Of a stretch of 24,699 bases of DNA, positions 15,132 through 20,739 are shown one piece after another. Positions within the stretch are counted from its first letter, which is position 1. Every line of letters starts with the position of its first letter. Under the pieces are notes generated by a model. That model ran no database searches. It was not told the origin of the DNA and saw only the letters and a list, made by a program, of their open reading frames with translations. The DNA comes from a virus, in IMG/VR virus record IMGVR_UViG_3300045988_176129, positions 1 to 24,699 of that record; one strand, given 5' to 3'. The position numbers and the translations under genes were made by a program.

Positions 15132-16094
15132 ATGAAAAGAAAGTATTATTTAACATTAGACACAGAGACAGCTACAATGCCATTTGTAAAGTATATGGAT
15201 TTAAGTCCAAAGGCAAGACAACAGGTGGCAATAGCAAAGCCCCTTGTATATGATATAGGATGGTGTATCACTACAACTCAGGGAGATGTTATAAAAAAGG
15301 TAAACTATCTTATACAGGAAACATTCTTTGTTCCACAGGTATTTAATACCGCCTATTATAAGAATAAGCGACCTATTTATATGGAGCTTCTTAAAAAAGG
15401 CGAGATTGAAGTTAGAAACTGGAATAATGCTATAGAAGAACTGATAGCCGACCTTGATTTTTGTGATATGGCATGCGCATATAACGCATGTTTTGATTAC
15501 AAGAAGGCTATCCCGTTTACAGAACGTTATATTAAAGCATTATATAGCGACTACTATAATGAATGGGAAGATATGCAGAGAAAATCTGCTGAAAGGATCG
15601 CTGAAGGTGTTGATGAAAGCGAAAATCCAGAATATCTTGACCCTATTTTCCAGATTAGAGGATATGAGTTTCCTATATTGGATTTATGGGGCATGGCTTG
15701 TAAAAGACTTATAAATGTTAATAGATATAAGAAATTCTGTTATGAGAATAACTTGTTTACTAATTCAGCGATGTATTTTAAAACAAGTGCTGAGACAAGT
15801 TTTCAGTATCTCATGGATAATGTGGATTTTATCGAAGACCATACCGCATTATCAGACGCACTTATTGAGAGTGCAATTCTTACAAAGGGATTAAAAAAGG
15901 GTAAAGTTGAGCCAGATATTACAGCTTTCCCTTTTAGGGAGTTAGGTTATACATATTGCAATTGCCCTAAAAAGTATATCCCAAATGTGGCAAGTGCCTT
16001 TGAAGAATACTTAAATAAAAATAGCAATCATCCATCTAACGCATGGTGGACAAGAATTGAAAGTATTTATGAGGGGCTTATGGCTTACTTATAA
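15132..16094 (+). CDS. DEDDh-family 3'-5' exonuclease (DnaQ/RNase T-like)
   Basis: Exo I LTLDTETAT, Exo II AYNACFDYKKA, Exo III HTALSDALIESAIL. AGAGAGGTAC SD. Confidence 0.8.
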   Translation: MKRKYYLTLDTETATMPFVKYMDLSPKARQQVAIAKPLVYDIGWCITTTQGDVIKKVNYLIQETFFVPQVFNTAYYKNKRPIYMELLKKGEIEVRNWNNAIEELIADLDFCDMACAYNACFDYKKAIPFTERYIKALYSDYYNEWEDMQRKSAERIAEGVDESENPEYLDPIFQIRGYEFPILDLWGMACKRLINVNRYKKFCYENNLFTNSAMYFKTSAETSFQYLMDNVDFIEDHTALSDALIESAILTKGLKKGKVEPDITAFPFRELGYTYCNCPKKYIPNVASAFEEYLNKNSNHPSNAWWTRIESIYEGLMAYL

Positions 16095-16152
16095 AATATA
16101 TGGGCGGTGGCTATGGGAAACTTAAAACCATAGTCGCCCCTAAAAATAATAG

Positions 16153-16181
16153 TTGACATGTAAACAATAATTTGGTATAAT
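16153..16181 (+). promoter_or_regulatory. sigma-70 promoter
   Basis: TTGACA 16153-58, 17-nt spacer, TGGTATAAT 16173-81. Confidence 0.55.
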
Positions 16182-16211
16182 GATTATAGAAAATAAAGGA
16201 GGACATAAAAC

Positions 16212-16373
16212 ATGGAAGAAGAAAAGAAAATATACGCAGTTCTACAAGATGGTGAATGTCAGGGAATTTATCTCAATCTTACAGAAAAGGAATATAATCT
16301 TATTTATAAAATATTTTCTATGACAGGCATTCATACGATAGACTTAATAGAAATAGAAATAAGAGAATTTTAA
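16212..16373 (+). CDS. hypothetical small protein (53 aa)
   Basis: AAAGGAGGA SD 16196-204. Confidence 0.5.
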   Translation: MEEEKKIYAVLQDGECQGIYLNLTEKEYNLIYKIFSMTGIHTIDLIEIEIREF

Positions 16374-16381
16374 AAAAGATG

Positions 16382-16410
16382 TTGACATATTATAAGAAAT
16401 ATGTTAATAT
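16382..16410 (+). promoter_or_regulatory. sigma-70 promoter
   Basis: TTGACA 16382-87, 17-nt spacer, TAATAT 16405-10. Confidence 0.45.
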
Positions 16411-16459
16411 ATAAGAGTAGTAAATAACACATAACAAAAAAAAGAAAGGTGGAATTAGT

Positions 16460-16843
16460 ATGACACAGAGAGAAATGTTTAACGCAATGGTAAAGGTAGT
16501 AAATGAGGCTTCAGTAGATACTATTGAGGAGGTAGGATTTTCAAAAGATGAACTTCTTGAGGGCATCAATGCTAGAATAGAGGCTCTTGATAAGAAAAAT
16601 AGTTCATCTTCTAGCAAGCCTACAAAAAAGCAGTTAGAAAACGAAGGTATCTATAATAATATTATAGAGATTATGTCTGATAATGCATCTCGTACTGTTA
16701 GACAGATAACAGACATTTACAATTCAACTTTTGATGCAGATTTGTCAACCAATAGAGTCCAGCCACAGGTAACAAAGGCGGTAAAGAATGGAATTTTTAA
16801 CAGAACTGTTGTGAAAGGTGTCGTATATTTTGTAAGCAAGTAA
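16460..16843 (+). CDS. hypothetical protein, paralog A of the 18083 gene
   Basis: MTQREMFNAMVKV...ARIEALDKK...ENEGIY...QVTKAVKNG...VVKGVVYF is alignable along its length with 18083-18526. Confidence 0.7.
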   Translation: MTQREMFNAMVKVVNEASVDTIEEVGFSKDELLEGINARIEALDKKNSSSSSKPTKKQLENEGIYNNIIEIMSDNASRTVRQITDIYNSTFDADLSTNRVQPQVTKAVKNGIFNRTVVKGVVYFVSK

Positions 16844-16848
16844 TGAAA

Positions 16849-16882
16849 GTGGGGCAAGGGATTGAAAAAATCCTTTGCTCCA
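16849..16882 (+). terminator. 12-bp hairpin with two G-U pairs (GGGGCAAGGGAT-tgaaaaa-ATCCTTTGCTCC), terminator-like
   Basis: No clean T-tract after it, so termination may be partial. Confidence 0.35.
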
Positions 16883-16909
16883 TGAATAAAAATTTAATTG
16901 AGAATCCGC

Positions 16910-16938
16910 TTGACATTGCTTTATTCTTTTGATATAAT
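16910..16938 (+). promoter_or_regulatory. sigma-70 promoter
   Basis: TTGACA 16910-15, 17-nt spacer, TATAAT 16933-38. Confidence 0.55.
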
Positions 16939-16972
16939 AGAGTTATGAAAAAGAGATAAGGAGGTTGTAAAA

Positions 16973-17113
16973 ATGAGCAACAAAGAATATTTTGCATACA
17001 TGGACAAATGGCTTGAGAAAAAGCGCAAAGAATTACAGCCCCCTAAAGTTACGGCGGTTAAAAAGAAGAGAAAAAGGTGGATAAAAAATGAAAGCAATAG
17101 TAATAAGAATTGA
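16973..17113 (+). CDS. possible small basic protein (46 aa, KKKRKRW-rich) overlapping the next gene by 26 nt
   Basis: Strong AAGGAGG SD 16958-64, 8 nt before the ATG. Confidence 0.4.
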   Translation: MSNKEYFAYMDKWLEKKRKELQPPKVTAVKKKRKRWIKNESNSNKN

Positions 17114-17345
17114 TGATGAATATCTTCCCGCAGTCGCAAAAGATTATAAGGCAGCCATTCGGTTTTTAATTGATAAAGGATGGATAGACGAAGAAACAGA
17201 AATTTGGATTGACGAAGAAGATAAATACATAACAATACAGGAGGCAGGTATTAGACTAGAAGATATTAAAAACTATAATAGAGATACTTTTGAAAAATAC
17301 TTTGGATATGATTATGAACTAGTTGACAGAGAACTTGTAGAATAA
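17088..17345 (+). CDS. hypothetical acidic protein (85 aa)
   Basis: GGTGGA SD. Followed by a terminator. Confidence 0.6.
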   Translation: MKAIVIRIDDEYLPAVAKDYKAAIRFLIDKGWIDEETEIWIDEEDKYITIQEAGIRLEDIKNYNRDTFEKYFGYDYELVDRELVE

Positions 17346-17351
17346 AAGTCA

Positions 17352-17388
17352 ATTGGCAAGATGCACAAAATCTTGCCAATTTTTTTAT
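17352..17388. terminator. bidirectional rho-independent terminator with TGCACAA in the loop
   Basis: ATTGGCAAGA-tgcacaaa-TCTTGCCAAT then TTTTTTTAT. The minus strand also has a T-rich flank. Confidence 0.6.
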
Positions 17389-17424
17389 GCATTTTTTTAT
17401 AAAAAAAGACTTGACATTCTGATT

Positions 17425-17457
17425 TGGCGGCGCGCTGACGCTCTTATAGCGCCGCCA
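17425..17457. other. 9-bp GC hairpin (TGGCGGCGC...GCGCCGCCA) just downstream of the leftward promoter
   Basis: Same architecture as 14791-14819. Confidence 0.5.
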
Positions 17458-17458
17458 A

Positions 17459-17488
17459 ATTATACCATACCCTCGTATGGTTTGTCAA
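17459..17488 (-). promoter_or_regulatory. leftward extended -10 promoter, cassette copy 8
   Basis: rc TTGACA (17483-88), 18-nt spacer, rc TGGTATAAT (17459-67). Confidence 0.5.
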
Positions 17489-17618
17489 GACATAAAATAC
17501 AAAAAACTTGCACAAATTTCATAATCCCGAAAGGCTAAATTTCTCTCTATTGCACAAAAGTAAAAATTCTTTGTGCAACATGCACAAAGATTCACTCTCT
17601 CGCCCCCATTTTTTATAC

Positions 17619-17647
17619 TTGCATTTTATAAAAATTTTTGATATAAT
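17619..17647 (+). promoter_or_regulatory. sigma-70 promoter (1 of 4 tandem)
   Basis: TTGCAT 17619-24, 17-nt spacer, TATAAT 17642-47. Confidence 0.45.
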
Positions 17648-17706
17648 TGTATTAAAGATAAGGGATAGAAAATATCTCAAGTCTTAAAAATCTCATAAAA
17701 AAGTTA

Positions 17707-17735
17707 TTGACATGAATAAATATTTATGTTATAAT
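17707..17735 (+). promoter_or_regulatory. sigma-70 promoter (2 of 4 tandem)
   Basis: TTGACA 17707-12, 17-nt spacer, TATAAT 17730-35. Confidence 0.55.
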
Positions 17736-17795
17736 AAAACAAAAGTGAGATTTCAATAAGGACTTAAAAAAATCAATAAGATTTTAAAAAAGTCC

Positions 17796-17824
17796 TTGAC
17801 AAAAAACCAAAAGTATGATATACT
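17796..17824 (+). promoter_or_regulatory. sigma-70 promoter (3 of 4 tandem)
   Basis: TTGACA 17796-801, 17-nt spacer, TATACT 17819-24. Confidence 0.5.
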
Positions 17825-17854
17825 TAATACATAATAAGGAAGGAGGTAAGAAAC

Positions 17855-17875
17855 ATGAGGTCACCGCCTAGATAA
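17855..17875 (+). CDS. 6-codon mini-ORF MRSPPR behind a perfect AGGAGGT SD
   Basis: AAGGAAGGAGGTAAGAAAC-ATG-AGG-TCA-CCG-CCT-AGA-TAA. Possible leader peptide (Pro-Pro stall motif) or decoy. Confidence 0.3.
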   Translation: MRSPPR

Positions 17876-17887
17876 AATAAAAAAAGT

Positions 17888-17916
17888 GTTGACAAAAATT
17901 TAAAAATATGATATAA
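17888..17916 (+). promoter_or_regulatory. sigma-70 promoter (4 of 4 tandem)
   Basis: TTGACA 17888-93, 17-nt spacer, TATAAT 17911-16. Confidence 0.55.
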
Positions 17917-17929
17917 TAAAAATGTAAAA

Positions 17930-18030
17930 AAGATAAGGCTTAAGGCTTCAAAAATGATTTCGACCCTGTGCCTATTCAAACAGGGCTGAATAAGAGGTTT
18001 GAGGTTCAACCCCTTCGCCTTACCAAAAAA
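17930..18030 (+). ncRNA. structured ~100-nt 5' leader with a T-arm-like hairpin and duplicated GGGCTGAAT motif
   Basis: Hairpins CCCTGT-gcctattcaa-ACAGGG and GAGG-TTCAACC-CCTT, ending in ...GCCTTACCA. Not a canonical tRNA by hand folding. Confidence 0.25.
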
Positions 18031-18082
18031 TGTGGGCTGAATGATAACAATAAATTTTAAACATTGAAAGGATGGATGTATT

Positions 18083-18526
18083 ATGACACAGAGAGAGATG
18101 TATAACACAATTAAGAACATTATCACAGGTATTTCAACAGAGGACTTCGAGGCACTTGCCCCAGAGTTTTCAAGAGAAGAGATTGTTGAGGGTATTGATG
18201 CTAGAATTGAGGCACTCAATAAGAAGTCAACAGGTTCAAAGAAGCCTACAAAGACTCAGATTGAGAACGAGGGCATATATGCTAATATTCTTGCGTTTAT
18301 GGCGGATGGTGCGGCTCGTACTAACAAAGCTATTACTGATACCTATAATCTTCTGTATAACACAGAGTATTCTACAAACAAGATTCAGGCTCAGGTAACT
18401 AAGGCTGTCAAGGGTGGCGCGCTTAACAGGGCAGTAGTAAAGGGTGTCGTATATTTCACCATAAATGCTACTCCTACCGCCACAGATGACTCAGCAGAAG
18501 ATATTGTTGATGATGTAGAAGAGTAA
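18083..18526 (+). CDS. hypothetical protein, paralog B of the 16460 gene, with an extra acidic C-terminal tail
   Basis: MTQREMYNTIKNI...ARIEALNKK...ENEGIY...QVTKAVKGG...VVKGVVYF. AAAGGATGGA SD. Confidence 0.7.
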   Translation: MTQREMYNTIKNIITGISTEDFEALAPEFSREEIVEGIDARIEALNKKSTGSKKPTKTQIENEGIYANILAFMADGAARTNKAITDTYNLLYNTEYSTNKIQAQVTKAVKGGALNRAVVKGVVYFTINATPTATDDSAEDIVDDVEE

Positions 18527-18576
18527 TTTTTAATATAGTATAAGGGTGTGAGGGCAACTCCCCTCCGCCCGGAATA

Positions 18577-18653
18577 GCAAGGTTATAAAAATTCGTTTTT
18601 ATAGTGGTTATAATTTTATAATTATAAAAAAGGTTCGACTCCTTTACCTTGCA
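18577..18653 (+). ncRNA. tRNA-like element (possible degenerate or atypical phage tRNA)
   Basis: Perfect 7-bp acceptor stem GCAAGGT/ACCTTGC. Canonical T-arm AAAGG-TTCGACT-CCTTT (G53 T54 T55 C56 R57 A58 ... C61). D arm TAAA/TTTA. The anticodon arm is AT-rich and non-canonical: best fit is an 8-nt loop, and the D-loop has no GG. Confidence 0.3.
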
Positions 18654-18685
18654 TTTAACTAGTTTACTTTTGGATTTCCTTAAAT

Positions 18686-18711
18686 GGGGCGGTCAATACC
18701 TTCACCGCCCC
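18686..18711 (+). other. 8-bp GC hairpin GGGGCGGT-caataccttc-ACCGCCCC without a T-tract
   Basis: Upstream of promoter 18732. Possible processing or partial-termination site. Confidence 0.35.
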
Positions 18712-18731
18712 GCACACCTTAAAAATAGGTG

Positions 18732-18760
18732 TTGACAAATTGAGGTATAGGGTGTATAAT
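18732..18760 (+). promoter_or_regulatory. sigma-70 promoter
   Basis: TTGACA 18732-37, 17-nt spacer, TATAAT 18755-60. Confidence 0.55.
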
Positions 18761-18791
18761 AAGGTATAATCAAAAAAGGATGGTGGTAGTT

Positions 18792-19211
18792 ATGAAAATA
18801 ACAACAACAAAAGGTAAAAGTGTTAATGTAAAAGATAGCGTTATTCAGAAATACATGAACGACTTCTCTCTTACAAAAGAGGACGCTATTCAGATGTATC
18901 TTGAGGATGAAGGCTTCGAGGATAACGAGGATGTAGAAGAAATGACTACAAAAGCCAAAGAAAATAAAGCAGTTATGCATGGCGAGAGTGCTGACAAAGA
19001 CGAACGCAAAGTCACCAACAAGAAACAGTCTAAGCCTAAGACAGTGAAAATCTCAGATACAAAAAAAGAACTTTTTAGTAAAATATCACAGTTTTTGACC
19101 GAAACTTTTGGTGAAAATGCTGAAGTTCTTAAAGAAAATAAGCTGATACAGGTTAAAATTGGTGAAGATATGTTCAAAATAGACATAATTCAGCAGAGAA
19201 AACCAAAGTAA
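18792..19211 (+). CDS. hypothetical charged protein (139 aa)
   Basis: AAAGGATGG SD with 9-nt spacing to ATG 18792. The track start 18780 abuts the SD. Confidence 0.6.
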   Translation: MKITTTKGKSVNVKDSVIQKYMNDFSLTKEDAIQMYLEDEGFEDNEDVEEMTTKAKENKAVMHGESADKDERKVTNKKQSKPKTVKISDTKKELFSKISQFLTETFGENAEVLKENKLIQVKIGEDMFKIDIIQQRKPK

Positions 19212-19243
19212 TTTGGTAAAATTTAACAAATGACCTCTCTTTT

Positions 19244-19287
19244 GAGCGAGTTTTTAGTAAAAAATGCTAAAAATTCGCTCTTTTTTT
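19244..19287 (+). terminator. rho-independent terminator
   Basis: GAGCGAG-25-nt loop-CTCGCTC then TTTTTTT. Confidence 0.45.
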
Positions 19288-19302
19288 GTGCAATTTTTAT
19301 AC

Positions 19303-19331
19303 TTGACAAGAGATAAAAGATATGGTATAAT
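19303..19331 (+). promoter_or_regulatory. sigma-70 promoter firing directly into a GC hairpin plus T-tract
   Basis: TTGACA 19303-08, 17-nt spacer, TGGTATAAT 19323-31. Then GCGGGGCGC...GCGCCCCCGC (19334-62) followed by TTTTAAAAA. Confidence 0.5.
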
Positions 19332-19423
19332 GGGCGGGGCGCGATAGACCGGGCGCCCCCGCTTTTAAAAATCAAGTGTAATTTTGAACAAAAATAAAAT
19401 AATTTTTTGTTTATTTTGTCTAT

Positions 19424-19451
19424 TGATAAAATCCTAAAACATTGTTATAAT
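19424..19451 (+). promoter_or_regulatory. sigma-70 promoter
   Basis: TTGATA 19424-29, 16-nt spacer, TATAAT 19446-51. Confidence 0.45.
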
Positions 19452-19486
19452 GTATTTACAAAGTTAAGGAAAGAGAGGTAACTAAA

Positions 19487-19741
19487 ATGAAAGTATCAAG
19501 AAAAATGAAAGTGCCAAGAAATGAAATGATTAAAATCAGAAAAAATCTTCTCAGACAGATGGATGATTATCTGCGGTCAAGCGTTGATGAAAACATTATC
19601 ATTGATATTTGGTTTGCTGTTGGTCTTGAGGATGGATGGGATAATAATATTTTAACAGAGTATGCAAGTGATGAAGATTTATGGCTGTCTTGCGTTAATG
19701 CTTTTAAAGCCTGTTGTGAAAGAGAAAATATTTTAAAATAA
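19487..19741 (+). CDS. hypothetical protein (84 aa)
   Basis: AGAGAGGTAA SD. Confidence 0.6.
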   Translation: MKVSRKMKVPRNEMIKIRKNLLRQMDDYLRSSVDENIIIDIWFAVGLEDGWDNNILTEYASDEDLWLSCVNAFKACCERENILK

Positions 19742-19747
19742 TGTTTC

Positions 19748-19776
19748 TTGACAAATAGTTGACCATATGGTATAAT
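19748..19776 (+). promoter_or_regulatory. sigma-70 promoter
   Basis: TTGACA 19748-53, 17-nt spacer, TGGTATAAT 19768-76. Confidence 0.55.
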
Positions 19777-19805
19777 AAATATATAAAGAAAGAGAGGTAA
19801 TTGAA

Positions 19806-20144
19806 ATGAAAGATTTTATTATTATGGCAATCGTTATGACAATAGTAGTTGGAGCGCTTTTATCATTTATAATTGTAAATATTTTCGCAGAAAATAGTAA
19901 GTCTATATTAAAAAAGATTATTACTGTAATAATTGCTATTGCTATTGGATGTGGAATAAGTGGATTATTCGCACTGGAAAGAAGGGGTGATGAAGTAGCA
20001 TGGAACAATGGTTATTGTACAGAATGTGAACATCCTTATAGATTCGCTAATACAGAGTATCACAGAAATGCGGGAACTACTTATATTTGGGTTTGTGATA
20101 ATTGTGGAAAAATAATTGAATTGCATAGTAAATATTCAAAATAA
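19806..20144 (+). CDS. membrane protein (2 TM) with C-terminal zinc ribbon (CTEC...CDNC)
   Basis: AGAGAGGTAA SD. Hydrophobic N-terminal half and a Cys4 ribbon. Confidence 0.65.
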   Translation: MKDFIIMAIVMTIVVGALLSFIIVNIFAENSKSILKKIITVIIAIAIGCGISGLFALERRGDEVAWNNGYCTECEHPYRFANTEYHRNAGTTYIWVCDNCGKIIELHSKYSK

Positions 20145-20163
20145 AAAGGAGGAATAAGATATA

Positions 20164-20469
20164 ATGAATATTGAAAATAAAATAAGCGGTTGGAAAATTA
20201 CAGGTTTTGAAACAAAGCCGATTTTTGATAGTCAAATTCTTTCTCTTGAGGAGTGCATGAAAACAATCAAAAAACAGGAAACAATGAATTTTATCCTTGA
20301 TACATTCCGTTTTATTAAAGGAATGAAAGAAGGCGACTGGTTCGCTCTTATTGACCGTGATACGATTATGAAAATTTCTATTATGGAAACAAATTCAAAA
20401 GAAGAAGAACAACTAAAAGAGTATTTTGGCGAAAACTGGATTGAAAATTATTTACGGTTTAATCATTAA
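20164..20469 (+). CDS. hypothetical protein (101 aa)
   Basis: AAGGAGGAA SD. Confidence 0.6.
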   Translation: MNIENKISGWKITGFETKPIFDSQILSLEECMKTIKKQETMNFILDTFRFIKGMKEGDWFALIDRDTIMKISIMETNSKEEEQLKEYFGENWIENYLRFNH

Positions 20470-20483
20470 AGATTGCGGAGAAT

Positions 20484-20516
20484 GATAGAAGAGTAAAATC
20501 TTCTATCATTTTTTTG
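20484..20516 (+). terminator. rho-independent terminator ending the plus-strand early block
   Basis: GATAGAAGA-gtaaaa-TCTTCTATC then ATTTTTTT. Confidence 0.6.
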
Positions 20517-20526
20517 CATTTACCTA

Positions 20527-20555
20527 TTGACAAAAGCAAGAAAGTATGCTAAAAT
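20527..20555 (+). promoter_or_regulatory. sigma-70 promoter firing into a GC hairpin (no ORF)
   Basis: TTGACA 20527-32, 17-nt spacer, TAAAAT 20550-55. Hairpin CGGGCC...GGCCCG at 20558-84. Confidence 0.45.
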
Positions 20556-20586
20556 GTCGGGCCGCGCACGTAGGAGCAGGCCCGCA

Positions 20587-20615
20587 ATTATACCACAAAT
20601 TACACTTCAAGTCAA
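20587..20615 (-). promoter_or_regulatory. leftward extended -10 promoter, cassette copy 9
   Basis: rc TTGACT (20610-15), 17-nt spacer, rc TGGTATAAT (20587-95). Confidence 0.45.
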
Positions 20616-20739
20616 GTTTTTTTCAAAATAAAAATGCACAAATTTTTTGCTATTTTCCCGAAAGTCTTTGTGCAATTTGTACAATGTGATGCGGTAGCAC
20701 TTTAACGCGGTGAAGTGTAACAGTATGAAGTGATAAAGG

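Noticed and set aside
14526-15253. Track ORFs 14526..14852(-), 14735..14917(+), 14902..15156(-), 15065..15253(+)
   Set aside because: They run through terminator palindromes, GC hairpins and promoters. They lack SDs and are out of register with the promoter-SD-ATG pattern.
17930-18030. Canonical tRNA gene ending in ...GCCTTACCA
   Set aside because: Hand folding gives at best a 5-6-bp acceptor with mismatches and a 10-nt anticodon-type loop. Kept only as a tRNA-like structured leader.
16390-18398. Track ORFs 16390..16617(-), 16797..16997(-), 16921..17235(-), 17353..17538(+), 17824..18219(-), 18156..18398(+)
   Set aside because: They overlap strongly supported plus-strand genes or regulatory DNA, lack SDs and have low-complexity translations.
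18702-20008. Track ORFs 18702..18980(-), 18890..19186(-), 19733..20008(-)
   Set aside because: Antisense to plus genes that have clear promoters and SDs.
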